IMG/VR virus record: IMGVR_UViG_3300028591_000075
Coordinates: 32,001-96,000 of that record
Source: a virus
Lineage: Duplodnaviria > Caudoviricetes
Strand: one strand, 5' to 3'
Length of the DNA stretch: 64,000 bases
Shown here: piece after piece, positions 9,703 to 19,562 of the stretch
Layout: each line of letters opens with the position of its first letter
Numbering within the stretch: the first letter of the stretch is position 1
Made by a program: the position numbers and the translations under genes
Notes under the pieces: model-generated
Seen by the model: the letters and a program-made list of their open reading frames with translations, nothing else
Told to the model about the DNA's origin: nothing
Databases searched by the model: none

Positions 9703-11214
9703 TTAGATGTTTTCGAGCGCGGCTAGGTCGAAGTCCACGTTGTCGTTTCCTTCGTCACCTACGCCTTCCTTCATCTCGGTTCCAGGTTCACCAAACATGT
9801 CGTCAGCCATGGACATCATGTCACCGGTTCCACCGAGGCCGCCCTGCGGATCACCAATCTGGGCATTCGGAGACCAACCGACACCGACACCAGTCTGGTC
9901 ATCACCAGGCAACTGCATTGCGGCAGTCTGGGCATCCACGTCATTGATGGCCGTTCCATCGGCATTGTAGACTTCCGGGAACCATGTGCCGAGACGCTGG
10001 TCAAATGTCTTCGGGTCGATACCGTCTTCAAGGGCCTTGGCCATCTTAACAAGTCCGTCCTCGGAGAGAGGTTGAGAGCCAAGGGCCGCATACTTCTTGA
10101 ATTTGAGGAGCGTCGGAACAGCAACCTCGCGTGGCTGTGCGGTAGTGCCGGCCCAACCGTTGAAAATTTCATCGGCATCAGGCTGAACACCCGAGCTGTC
10201 ATCCTTCAATTCCTTGACGTAAGCATCGGCAATAATCTTGTTGAGCGTATCAACAGCCTTCTGGGAAAGACCGTTGTTACCCGGATCCGTCGGACCAGGA
10301 TCGCAGAACGCCGTAAATTCCTTGGTCTTGGGAGCACCTTCGGCAGTTCCAGCCGGATTGGCGTTCACGTCGCCAGCATCCTGCATCGGAGGAGGATTGC
10401 CCTCGGCGGGCTGTTCAGTTTGCTCGCCATCTTCGGCGGGTGCGGCGAAATCTTCGGCCCCGAAGTCACCTTCGCCTTCGAGAACAGCCTTGTTGCACAG
10501 GCCGAGAAGCGCTTGCAGCTGCCAGTCAACGGATTCATTCTTGACCAGGGCGCTCGGACCCATTTCGGCCACGTTCAGGTTGTCGAAATTCACGTCGTTG
10601 AAATTGTCGTTTCCGATGAATCCAGTCGCGGCACCGACACCGCTGGTCATCTGGTCAAAGTCGGATGCCGTGTCACCATTCTGCACCAAATCCATCGCCA
10701 TGCGCTTGATAACCAAGTCAAGACGACCCTTCAACTCATCGGAATCGGCGGGGAAGTTGCGCTGTGTGGTATTTCCGGTATTTTCGTCATCGAGGATGAT
10801 GGTGACTTCGCCCTCATCATTCGGGGCCATCATCTGCATACGGATGTCGTGGCCAAGGCACTGAATCTTACCGGACGTGACTTGCTGGCTCATGACTGGC
10901 AAATCCAGCTTGAACGTCACGTTGTTGGCCTCGTTCAATGCGCGGAGCCTGGATTCGGTCATTACCTTGATGCCGAGATCCTTCAAGTTCAAGTAGTTCT
11001 TGTTCAGGGTAAGCGGGTTGTTGTCGTACTTGCGATGGTCCCACTTGGCCTTGGTCTGGTCACCGACCGGCTTCGGGGTACCCTTGGTAATGGTATCGAT
11101 TAGTTCCTTTTTGGCCGGAACGACCGGACCACTCTGGGTCTTGACATAGCCCAGCTTTCCCAACTTTTCCAGGAGTTCCTGACGAGATATAGTAATCGGC
11201 ACGGTTGACCTCAA
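9703..11214 (-). CDS. Hypothetical late protein, acidic
   Basis: 503-aa ORF, TATAAACT at 11234-11241, terminator-like hairpin downstream; start codon uncertain. Confidence 0.75.
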   Translation of the reverse strand: MRSTVPITISRQELLEKLGKLGYVKTQSGPVVPAKKELIDTITKGTPKPVGDQTKAKWDHRKYDNNPLTLNKNYLNLKDLGIKVMTESRLRALNEANNVTFKLDLPVMSQQVTSGKIQCLGHDIRMQMMAPNDEGEVTIILDDENTGNTTQRNFPADSDELKGRLDLVIKRMAMDLVQNGDTASDFDQMTSGVGAATGFIGNDNFNDVNFDNLNVAEMGPSALVKNESVDWQLQALLGLCNKAVLEGEGDFGAEDFAAPAEDGEQTEQPAEGNPPPMQDAGDVNANPAGTAEGAPKTKEFTAFCDPGPTDPGNNGLSQKAVDTLNKIIADAYVKELKDDSSGVQPDADEIFNGWAGTTAQPREVAVPTLLKFKKYAALGSQPLSEDGLVKMAKALEDGIDPKTFDQRLGTWFPEVYNADGTAINDVDAQTAAMQLPGDDQTGVGVGWSPNAQIGDPQGGLGGTGDMMSMADDMFGEPGTEMKEGVGDEGNDNVDFDLAALENI

Positions 11215-11254
11215 TAAAAACTTCTTTGGGAGAAGTTTATAAGGTCAGCCGCAA

Positions 11255-11632
11255 CTATTCACGCTCCCGCACCAGCCGTTCGAGCCATTCTACATCACCG
11301 GCGTCAGCCGTATGGTAGCTCGTAGTGTAGGTATAAAACAGATTGCCTACTTTGCTAGAGCGTGTTCTGACAGTCACTAGCATGTATTTATTCGGCGTGT
11401 CATAATGAGAGAATACCTTGACGGATATAAATTCATCATCCACCCAGCAAGTGTCATCATGATCCCACACAGGCATGTACAAAACAGCATCCTTGACTGT
11501 ATCAATATCAGTCTTGATATGTTCAGACCTCAACGGACGACCCATCTTGTTGCACTTGCTGAAATAATCAATTACCCTGTCCTTGAACATCGGGTCAATA
11601 GCAGGCCATTTCGAAGTTTGTTTCATTTTCAT
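11255..11632 (-). CDS. Hypothetical protein
   Basis: 125 aa, GGAG RBS, directly after the clamp gene. Confidence 0.7.
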   Translation of the reverse strand: MKMKQTSKWPAIDPMFKDRVIDYFSKCNKMGRPLRSEHIKTDIDTVKDAVLYMPVWDHDDTCWVDDEFISVKVFSHYDTPNKYMLVTVRTRSSKVGNLFYTYTTSYHTADAGDVEWLERLVRERE

Positions 11633-11638
11633 GTCTCC

Positions 11639-12502
11639 TTAATCAACAAGCTCTTCCGCATTTTCCTCGGCACCGGAACATTCCACGATCATCGCGTAGA
11701 TGCCGATGGGATACATCTGGTCATTGCCCTGCAAGTTGGCGAACGCCTTCAATGCGATGGAATCGTAGTCGGCAGCGACATAGCGGATTTCCATGTCATA
11801 TTCCTCGCAGCCGAGGCCTTTCAGGATTGTAAAGATGCTGGTGGGTATTTTACGGTAACGCTGCTTGGAATCCTTGCCGTATGCGGTGGCGATTGCCTTG
11901 CTGTCGCCCGGAAGGGTCATGGTGTAATCAACCTTGCTGGTAATCTGCTGACCGACACGGCCCTTGAAGTAGAACTTGACTTCACCCTTGTCGGTGACAT
12001 TCACGCTAAAGAACTGACAGCCGGGAACGAGTTTCAGCTTCTGGACATACTTTTCCAAGTCCTTCTTGTTCAGCTTGATGGTGGCCAGGAGGCTCATCGG
12101 GTCGGCTTCACGGGAACTCGGCACCTTGGTATCGTCCTCGTTAAAGAAGGAAGGCTCGGCAGTGAGACTACGGGCCGTTTCGGTACCGTTGCCGAACCTG
12201 ATAAATTCGTACACATGGCCGGCAATCGTTTCTTCGTTATCGACAACGATTGTACCGGTTTCGGGATATCCGATAAGTTCAGCAAATCGGATAAATTCGA
12301 TGAAGGAAGAGGAGTTGACTTCCAGGCCGTCGAACGAAAAGTCGGCGGGGCCCGCACTGATATGGATGAAGCTGTTCTCGTTATGGATGTTCAGGCATGA
12401 CTTATCGCCGTCATGGAAGAACTTGACAGTCTTTGCCTTAGTCACCATGCAGACCTGCTTGATGACATTGAAGAACGGCCTACTGAACCTTATTTCTTGC
12501 AT
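11639..12502 (-). CDS. gp45: Sliding clamp, T4 gp45-like
   Basis: 287 aa. N-terminus IRFSRPFFNVIKQV resembles the gp45 N-terminus; two-domain alternating alpha/beta pattern; replication context. Confidence 0.65.
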   Translation of the reverse strand: MQEIRFSRPFFNVIKQVCMVTKAKTVKFFHDGDKSCLNIHNENSFIHISAGPADFSFDGLEVNSSSFIEFIRFAELIGYPETGTIVVDNEETIAGHVYEFIRFGNGTETARSLTAEPSFFNEDDTKVPSSREADPMSLLATIKLNKKDLEKYVQKLKLVPGCQFFSVNVTDKGEVKFYFKGRVGQQITSKVDYTMTLPGDSKAIATAYGKDSKQRYRKIPTSIFTILKGLGCEEYDMEIRYVAADYDSIALKAFANLQGNDQMYPIGIYAMIVECSGAEENAEELVD

Positions 12503-14526
12503 ATCTCTTTCCTGCGGTTAAACGCTATGGCCTGCTCGGTGGCCGACACATAGTTGATTATCCTGTCCTCGATTTCATGCCATTTCGGGCTATTGAACGG
12601 GATGACGTATCCGGCAGCACACGAGGAACTGACCGGTACCTGCATCATCCCGAGCCGATATCTCCGACAAATTGCGGAAACAATCGGACCCATAGCGCCT
12701 CGGCATTCACCCAGGACATTAAAATAGTGAATTTCTTTGAGTTTGTCAAGCATTTCGCCGCGAACGGCGACAAATGGACCATCAAGAACCTCGACTTGAT
12801 GGCATCCGTTCACCTCAGCGGACCCCAGTACCATCTGGTTGGATGCCGGAGACAGGTTGTATGTCTGGTAATACCCGTATGTACGGGTGCACTGTGACCA
12901 GGTGCCATCGAACTGGGTATATTCATACCCGAACGGAGCGACGGCCATGATTTCCTTCGGGACACTGCGTAAGGTTTCGTACAAGTTGATATCGTTGATT
13001 ATCGACGTACCCGGCACAATGATGATCCATTCAGGCAGCATCTTTACCTTCGGTACAATGGAATTCTCGATACCACGCAGCACCAGCCGGGTCGATGAAT
13101 TTGGTGTCACGCGCCGTCTCAGTCGCAAATCCTGGTCGCGCACGAACACTGCAAGGTCATATTTCGTCAGTGACCTGTCCTTGTAAATGTTGCACCCGGA
13201 ATGGGTATAAACCAGCGAAATAATCTCACGGTTCTCGGAATACTTCAATACATTGTCGCGACGAAGGAGCAATTCCCGCGTTGGTTCAAACCCAAGTTCG
13301 ATGCGCATGGCTTCGCGCTCACGCTTCTTGTCATTTTTCGACTTGATGATGTCGCGGGCATGCTGTTCCTTTGCAAATTCCCGTTCGGAATACGCATTGT
13401 CAAAGGCATTCTCTATGATGTCAACAACGCTGCGGGTAATGACGGTCTTCGGTTTCGGCGTGGTGAAGCGCTTCGGCTCAGGATTCTTGATGGTCTTGCC
13501 CATGCGGATTACCGGACAATACTCGACACCTGACGCGATGATTTCCTCGACCGCCTTCTTCTCCCATCCGCATATCTTGTTGAAGGCTTCCTTCTTTTCC
13601 ACGCGGTCGCCATACTTGTCCACCAGAGGGCACTTACCACGTATAAAAGTATCGATCCATGCCTGGCTCTTCCCAAATATGAACTCGATTTGTCTGGCAT
13701 TGTAGTAAGGCTGCTTTCCGCTTCCGTAGCAGCGACCGCGCCAGCACTTGCTAATCAGGGAATCCAGCTTTGCCTTGCTTATTCCCCACTTCACCTTCCC
13801 TTCCGGGGTTGTATACTGTTCGCACTTGACCAGTTTCCCACGGACGGCATTACGGGCCTCGGGAACTGCAGCACAGTAGATTTCGGCAATACTGCGCGGC
13901 ATGTATTCCGGGATTGGGTTACGTCTGAACTTGTGCCCATTCGCTACCCTTTCCTGTGCGAATTTCAGCAGGGTTTCATGACTAACCTTGCGCACCTCGT
14001 ACTTCTTACGCGGTTCGACTTCAATCCGCTTGGCCTTGATCATGAACTTCATGTTGCTAATCTTGAAGCCGAACAGGAGCGCAGCATCCGTAAAGAGCAA
14101 CGGTTCGCGCACGTATTTCAACAGATATAGACGGTCAAAGGTGCGGAGGAATTCGTCGGCATCCTCGCGATATACGCGCTTCTTCCCGTTGGCATTGAGG
14201 TGAACCTTTATATCCCCCGCCCGCACATGCTTCATGTACTTGGCGGGACTATGGATATTGAGGTAGACCATGGCCTCCTCCTGGGTCATCTCGAACAATG
14301 GATGATCATTGGAGGGAGGCATCAACCTGTACTTCATGACGCGGTGCTTGATTACCGATGTCTTGTAAATCTTGTGCCCCTTCTCATCAAGGCGGAACGG
14401 GACCATTTCGCATAGCTTGATTTTCCGGACGTACTCCACGTCCTTCTGGATGTAGTCGGCCACCCACTTCTCACTCACGAACTCCGGTTCGGGCTCGTTC
14501 ATTTTCTTGATCAGTCGGTCCAGCAT
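12490..14526 (-). CDS. Fusion of about 5 excisionase/MerR-like HTH repeats with a C-terminal GT2-like domain
   Basis: HTH units such as MTQEEAMVYLNI...VRAGDIK...KKRVYREDADEFL; C-terminal VEVLDGPFVAVR is typical of Glyco_tranf_2_5-like domains. Confidence 0.6.
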   Translation of the reverse strand: MLDRLIKKMNEPEPEFVSEKWVADYIQKDVEYVRKIKLCEMVPFRLDEKGHKIYKTSVIKHRVMKYRLMPPSNDHPLFEMTQEEAMVYLNIHSPAKYMKHVRAGDIKVHLNANGKKRVYREDADEFLRTFDRLYLLKYVREPLLFTDAALLFGFKISNMKFMIKAKRIEVEPRKKYEVRKVSHETLLKFAQERVANGHKFRRNPIPEYMPRSIAEIYCAAVPEARNAVRGKLVKCEQYTTPEGKVKWGISKAKLDSLISKCWRGRCYGSGKQPYYNARQIEFIFGKSQAWIDTFIRGKCPLVDKYGDRVEKKEAFNKICGWEKKAVEEIIASGVEYCPVIRMGKTIKNPEPKRFTTPKPKTVITRSVVDIIENAFDNAYSEREFAKEQHARDIIKSKNDKKREREAMRIELGFEPTRELLLRRDNVLKYSENREIISLVYTHSGCNIYKDRSLTKYDLAVFVRDQDLRLRRRVTPNSSTRLVLRGIENSIVPKVKMLPEWIIIVPGTSIINDINLYETLRSVPKEIMAVAPFGYEYTQFDGTWSQCTRTYGYYQTYNLSPASNQMVLGSAEVNGCHQVEVLDGPFVAVRGEMLDKLKEIHYFNVLGECRGAMGPIVSAICRRYRLGMMQVPVSSSCAAGYVIPFNSPKWHEIEDRIINYVSATEQAIAFNRRKEICKK

Positions 14527-14531
14527 TTCTT

Positions 14532-14699
14532 CTACATGTTCCTATAGTCGATCGAAATGGTGCCATACTTGAATTTGATGGCAATGAAAAATAAAAGCAT
14601 CACGATCATGGAGTCGGTTTCGAAATGCTCGTGCCAGCAGAAACGGCCATCTCGGCCAGCCGCCCACTTGTAGCTAATCAGGTATTTCTTGGGATTCAT
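14532..14699 (-). CDS. Small hypothetical protein (55 aa) with a hydrophobic stretch
   Basis: ATG 14699 to TAG 14532 (MNPKKYLISYKWAAG...MIVMLLFFIAIKFKYG...) fills the gap between primase and the HTH-GT gene. Confidence 0.55.
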   Translation of the reverse strand: MNPKKYLISYKWAAGRDGRFCWHEHFETDSMIVMLLFFIAIKFKYGTISIDYRNM

Positions 14700-14707
14700 A
14701 GTTTCCC

Positions 14708-15868
14708 CTAAAAGTAAGTTTCCGGTGTCATCGCGGCCTCACGTCTTGCGTTGGCCTCGCGACGGGTCTTCATCGTGGCCTTGAATTTCTCCTTGGCCAC
14801 ATTTCCATATTTCAGCATGAACAGAATATCGGAACCACCGGGTTGACGGATACGCGCATCTATGTACTCCTGTCGCACATACCCGTCTTCCCCGAGGGGC
14901 AGGTTGCATCCATTGAGGACTTCGCCGTTGATGTCCTTCTCCGTGATGCCTTCCCAATCAAACCACTTGTACCCATCGTGACAGGTAGCCGTGCGACCGT
15001 CCCTACCAGCTTCGTCATTATCCCAGATGAACACGCAGTTTTCCTTGTGCTGGGCAATCTTGGGGTTATCCATCAGAATCTCGTGGAGATGCTGAACACC
15101 ACCGATGCCTATCGCATTGGGGATAAACGTAGAGTCGATGGTGCCTTCCAGAACATAGAAGGGCTGGTCAAATCGGATAAAGTCGATGTTGTACGCTTCC
15201 CTGCGAACGTTTTTGAGGTTCAGGTAGCGCATCGGGTTGTTTCGGTCGATTGCACGGGCATCGAACTGTGTCCACTTGCCACCGAAATGATAGAACGGCA
15301 TGATGATACGGTTCTTGTACTCATTGCCAACCGGCCTTCCGGTTTCCGGGTTGATTATCAGGTTTCCGTTGGCATACCTGTGCAGGAACTGATTTCCTTC
15401 AAGACACACGAACCACTTCTCGAAAACCTCCGGACGGATCTTTCTCCTCTTGCACTCAGCCAGACCAGCTCGGGCCAATGGATGGTTTGATGTAATTGGT
15501 ATCAATTCACCATCAACGAAAGGAGAATCCGGCGGAAGCGCTGGACGGTCATCCTTGACTTCCTCCTTGCGCTTCCTCTGGCCCGGCATCGCACCAAACG
15601 CGGAATAGATGAGCTTGGAGTAAGTCTCCGGTTCGGTCTGTTTCAAATACGACGCAAACGGCATGGAACAAGGGCACCTGAAGCAGATGTACTTCCAGGT
15701 ATCCTTGTAAATCCACGCCTTCCTCTTATTCGGAAAGCGCATATCGCCGCAGACCGGACACACAAACTCATAATGGTCAGAACGATCTTTCAGGTTCTGG
15801 GTACCATACAGTTCATGAATGACCTGGTCATAGACACTTGCGGGTATTTCGGAATAATCGATAGCCAT
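14708..15868 (-). CDS. gp61: DNA primase, T4 gp61-like
   Basis: Zn finger CPVCGD...CFRC; TOPRIM motifs VLEGTIDS and WDNDEAG. Confidence 0.93.
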   Translation of the reverse strand: MAIDYSEIPASVYDQVIHELYGTQNLKDRSDHYEFVCPVCGDMRFPNKRKAWIYKDTWKYICFRCPCSMPFASYLKQTEPETYSKLIYSAFGAMPGQRKRKEEVKDDRPALPPDSPFVDGELIPITSNHPLARAGLAECKRRKIRPEVFEKWFVCLEGNQFLHRYANGNLIINPETGRPVGNEYKNRIIMPFYHFGGKWTQFDARAIDRNNPMRYLNLKNVRREAYNIDFIRFDQPFYVLEGTIDSTFIPNAIGIGGVQHLHEILMDNPKIAQHKENCVFIWDNDEAGRDGRTATCHDGYKWFDWEGITEKDINGEVLNGCNLPLGEDGYVRQEYIDARIRQPGGSDILFMLKYGNVAKEKFKATMKTRREANARREAAMTPETYF

Positions 15869-15885
15869 GAAACAAACTCAATGAA

Positions 15886-15915
15886 AAACGGCACCGTCTT
15901 GGGACGATGCCGTTT
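15886..15915 (-). terminator. Intrinsic terminator after gp32
   Basis: AAACGGCACCGTC-TTGG-GACGATGCCGTTT. Confidence 0.7.
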
Positions 15916-15930
15916 CGAACTAGACAAATA

Positions 15931-17454
15931 CTAGAACGGGAGGTCGCCGTCGTCATCCACCTGGATTGAGGTTCCAGCCGGAGTTCCTCCTACCCCCGGT
16001 GCACCAGCGAACTGGTTAGGCTGCGGGGTCGGTGCTGCAGGAGGTACATACTGCTGAGTCGGCTGTGCAGCAGGTGCCGCAAACTGCGGAGCGGCCTGTT
16101 GCGGTGCCGGGGTACCGAAGTTGGGCTGAGGCGCTGCCGGGGTAGCAAATGCGCTCTGCTGAACCGGAGCCGCGCCAGGGACGGCACCCGGAGTAGCAAA
16201 TGCACTCTGCGGAGCCGGGGCTGCACCAGGGACGGCACCTGGAGTGGCGAATGCGCTCTGCTGGGCAGGAGCTGCGCCCGGCGTTACATAAGCGCTCTGC
16301 TGCGGCTGAGGCTGGGCATAGTTAGGTGCTGCCGGGTTGTTGAAGAATGCACCGGCGTTACCGACGGTGGTCTTCGGCTGAGGAGGAACGTAGGCGCTCG
16401 GAGTAGAGGCCGGCATCGCGCCACCCTGGCCAGGTTGGGCATACTGCTGCTGACCGTACTGGGCCGGCTGTTGATAGGACGGATAGCCGTTTGCCGCGAT
16501 GTTGTTATTGTTATCAGCGGCCATGGCGGGAGCGCCATCGTAGGCAGCATAGAAGCTACGGGTGATACCTTCCAATTCATCGACGCTCTTCGGCTGAAGT
16601 TCGTACTTGGAGAGGTCATGGCACTGGTTAAGAATCTGCATGATGCCTTCGTCATTCTGGGCAAGCGGAGTTGCCATCGGTTCGAATTCGGAAGCATCCC
16701 ACACGGCTGCACCCTTATGGGTACCCCATGCCTTGGTGGTGTCCCAGGTGCCCTTCAAGTGGAAGATTGCGCCGGAAAGAACATGCCAAGGAATGCCGAC
16801 ATACTTGGCTGTACTGGTGTACTGCTGCTTGGCCTGGCCATTCTTGTTGACGTTGCGTTCAGGCAACGCGGCCATGACCTTGTCCCACTGCTTGGTCTTG
16901 GCGTGCCAAATCTTAATCTGGCCGTTGTTTTCCGGGTGAACGAAGTCATTGAGGATGAGGACGTTCACGAAGATATCGTCAACGGACAGGTTTCCGGAAA
17001 TACCGGAATCCTTAGCCTGCTGCTCTCCGTAAGTGTTCTTGATTTTGTAGTAACGGTCCCATGTTTCCTTGCAGAGCGGGCAATAGGACTTGCCGTACTT
17101 TGCGTTCGGATCGGGAATGTTTCCGCGACAGATGACCGGGCCTTCGCCCCAACGCTGGCCATCGCGCTTTTTGAGATAATGCTTTCTGCAATTTACGTGG
17201 GGCCAGAGGTTGCCCTGCACGCCCGCGAGTCCTCTCGGGAGGATGCGGATGATGGCTTCGACGCTTTCGTGCTGTGCATCGCACTGGAGCTGCCATTCGT
17301 TCGGGTCTGCCGGGGCGGCTTGTCCACCTGCCGGGGTTTCCGGGACGCCCATGTTTGCGAACATGGAGTTAAACTGTGTAGCGGCACCTGGTTGGGCGAA
17401 CTGAGGCTGTCCACCAATGCCAAACTGATTCTGCTGAGGGATATTCTGATCCAT
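15931..17454 (-). CDS. gp32: Single-stranded DNA-binding protein, T4 gp32-like, with long P/Q/A/G linker and DDDGDLPF tail
   Basis: AIIRILP, C...CPLC zinc ligands, VNVLILNDFVHPENNGQIKIW, WDASEF. Confidence 0.88.
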   Translation of the reverse strand: MDQNIPQQNQFGIGGQPQFAQPGAATQFNSMFANMGVPETPAGGQAAPADPNEWQLQCDAQHESVEAIIRILPRGLAGVQGNLWPHVNCRKHYLKKRDGQRWGEGPVICRGNIPDPNAKYGKSYCPLCKETWDRYYKIKNTYGEQQAKDSGISGNLSVDDIFVNVLILNDFVHPENNGQIKIWHAKTKQWDKVMAALPERNVNKNGQAKQQYTSTAKYVGIPWHVLSGAIFHLKGTWDTTKAWGTHKGAAVWDASEFEPMATPLAQNDEGIMQILNQCHDLSKYELQPKSVDELEGITRSFYAAYDGAPAMAADNNNNIAANGYPSYQQPAQYGQQQYAQPGQGGAMPASTPSAYVPPQPKTTVGNAGAFFNNPAAPNYAQPQPQQSAYVTPGAAPAQQSAFATPGAVPGAAPAPQSAFATPGAVPGAAPVQQSAFATPAAPQPNFGTPAPQQAAPQFAAPAAQPTQQYVPPAAPTPQPNQFAGAPGVGGTPAGTSIQVDDDGDLPF

Positions 17455-17628
17455 TTTACTATCCTTTTGTTTCTAGTTCTTGATGCTAAGTAGCTGCTAG
17501 TATCTGCTAATATCTGCTATCCACAGTTTATAAGTAGGAGCACTTCTTCGCACCCGTTATAAAATGTAGCAAAAGAAAAGGCGGTTTGGAGGCCGCCTTT
17601 CAAAAAATTTTTGATTGTAAAGATTATT

Positions 17629-18261
17629 TTACGTTTCTTCGGGCTTCTTGTAGGTAATCCTGGCCTTCATCTCGGCATCGTTTACCGCCGCGGTCACGAT
17701 TTCGTCCATGTTGTCCGGGAGCACGAAGTCCTCGCCATATTCTTCCTCGAAGGCCATGGCGCATTCCTTCATGACATCCTCGAAATCCCAACCGATGCAC
17801 TTGGCAGCGACATTCTGGATAATGGCCAGGTCGATGACCTTCTTGGCCTCATCATCCAGGTCGGATGTCTGGGAATCGTCCACATTGGGGTTGTAGGTTT
17901 CCGGGATATACTTGTTACCGTTCTCGTCCGTGACAAACATGTCCTTCGTTTCCTGGTCGGTAAGTTCGTGGGCCTCGGTGACGACATCGGCATCGGTCTC
18001 GTACTCGGGTGCACGAGAAATGTAGCTCTTACCGAGCATCGGGTTGTCACGTTCCTCGCGCAACTTCGCGAGCCACTTCTCCCTATATACTGTCGGGAGG
18101 TTCTGGTGGCTACCGTAGACACCGTCCTGCGCATTGAGGAGCATCAGGCTAGTGCTCTTGATTTCCTCGTTACGCTCTTCGGCCTCTCGTTCCAGGGTCT
18201 CCTGGATTTCCTTGACCACGGCGCCGTGTCCAGGGAAATGAAACTTACTCATCGTCGTCAT
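17629..18261 (-). CDS. Acidic hypothetical protein
   Basis: 210-aa ORF overlapping the upstream gene, followed by a hairpin. Confidence 0.7.
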   Translation of the reverse strand: MTTMSKFHFPGHGAVVKEIQETLEREAEERNEEIKSTSLMLLNAQDGVYGSHQNLPTVYREKWLAKLREERDNPMLGKSYISRAPEYETDADVVTEAHELTDQETKDMFVTDENGNKYIPETYNPNVDDSQTSDLDDEAKKVIDLAIIQNVAAKCIGWDFEDVMKECAMAFEEEYGEDFVLPDNMDEIVTAAVNDAEMKARITYKKPEET

Positions 18262-18751
18262 CCTCCGCTACCATGTCCATCATGGCGGTGAATTCAGCAT
18301 CTTCATCTTCTTCCGGTTCCGTCTGGGGCTGCGGCCTGGGAACGTCGAAATTCAGTTCGCCGTGCCTTACCTGCTCGTTCACCCGTTCAAGTTCCTCGAC
18401 GGAAATCTCGATACCCTTGTCCGCGGCAATCATCAGCTTGATGTCATTGTCAATAAGGGGCCCAAGCTTTGCAGATTCCACTACGCTTTCAATCGCGCAA
18501 AGAATGGTCAGCATGGTCACCCCATAGTCCTTGTACCGGTCGTACACGACATGGATTGCCTCGTTCAACTTTGCGCGGGCCTTTTTGAGGTAGGATTCCG
18601 GCATGGTGAGCACGACTGCCATGTCGCCCTCGTATCTGGGAGGAGCACTAAGGAACTTGTTGATTTCGCTGACAAGGAGTTCAGTCTCGGCTTCCTTGCT
18701 CAGGTTGACTGCACTGGATGGATCGTTAGAATCTGTGTTCAGATGAAGCAT
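18245..18751 (-). CDS. Hypothetical protein, possibly gp33-like late-transcription coactivator
   Basis: ATG 18751 lies downstream of an RTAGTTT motif. DYGVTMLTILCAIESVVESAKLGPLIDNDIKLMI weakly resembles gp33 and the gene is near gp32; the function call is weak. Confidence 0.4.
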   Translation of the reverse strand: MLHLNTDSNDPSSAVNLSKEAETELLVSEINKFLSAPPRYEGDMAVVLTMPESYLKKARAKLNEAIHVVYDRYKDYGVTMLTILCAIESVVESAKLGPLIDNDIKLMIAADKGIEISVEELERVNEQVRHGELNFDVPRPQPQTEPEEDEDAEFTAMMDMVAEDDDDE

Positions 18752-18782
18752 AATTGTTTTCCTGGTTGTTACCTTCGAAAAA

Positions 18783-19553
18783 CTACTCCATTTGAGCACT
18801 ATCTTTCTTCCGGACACTCTTCCTGCGCTTTGCCGCGGCCTCCTGGTCGAACATCATGTCCGAACGGAGGGCAAGGTCGTAATCCAGGAGGCACCTGGAC
18901 TTCCTTTTCTTTCCCGATGGCTTGGACGTATAACGCATGAGGGCGAGAGTGTCCGGCGGGAGGGAATCCGGGCCGAGAACATCGAACTTGATATGGTTGC
19001 GCAATATCTCGCACATCCAGAACGCATCACAAAAGTCGGAATGCGGACTCTCGTACTGTTTCAGCGTTTCAAAGTACGGGTAGTAAAACTGTGGATAAAA
19101 TTCTTTAACCGCCTGGCACATGGCCGGTTTCTTTGCACCGCCGCTACCGGTGGCAAAATGCTTGATTTGGGGAATGCCGTAGGTGATGATACCCTTGCCC
19201 TGCATGAAGAAATGATAGCGCACCCCGCCGCAGAACTCACCAATCTGGAAAATCGCGTTACTTCCCTTCTCATTGGCCTCTTCATACGCATAGTCTTCAA
19301 AGGAGATATACTTCACATCCTCCATGTCCTTGTTCAGCAGGGTATATGCGCGTTCCATCCTGGCCATCATCGGCAGCTTGGTATAGTCCGTCCCGAGGGC
19401 ATAGATGTGAACATGCTCCTCGTCGTGCAGGTAGCACAACTTGGAGCTATATCCGTAGTAGTCCACGGACTTGATGTCAAGCGTAACATCGTCAAGGTCC
19501 ATAATGACCTTGCCCGACGAATTCATGGATGGGTCTATTCCGGCAATCTTCAT
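18783..19553 (-). CDS. ruvC: RuvC-like Holliday junction resolvase
   Basis: MKIAGIDPS, ISFEDY, IKHFATGSGGAKK, DFCDAF. Confidence 0.88.
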   Translation of the reverse strand: MKIAGIDPSMNSSGKVIMDLDDVTLDIKSVDYYGYSSKLCYLHDEEHVHIYALGTDYTKLPMMARMERAYTLLNKDMEDVKYISFEDYAYEEANEKGSNAIFQIGEFCGGVRYHFFMQGKGIITYGIPQIKHFATGSGGAKKPAMCQAVKEFYPQFYYPYFETLKQYESPHSDFCDAFWMCEILRNHIKFDVLGPDSLPPDTLALMRYTSKPSGKKRKSRCLLDYDLALRSDMMFDQEAAAKRRKSVRKKDSAQME

Positions 19554-19562
19554 GCCGAAAAA

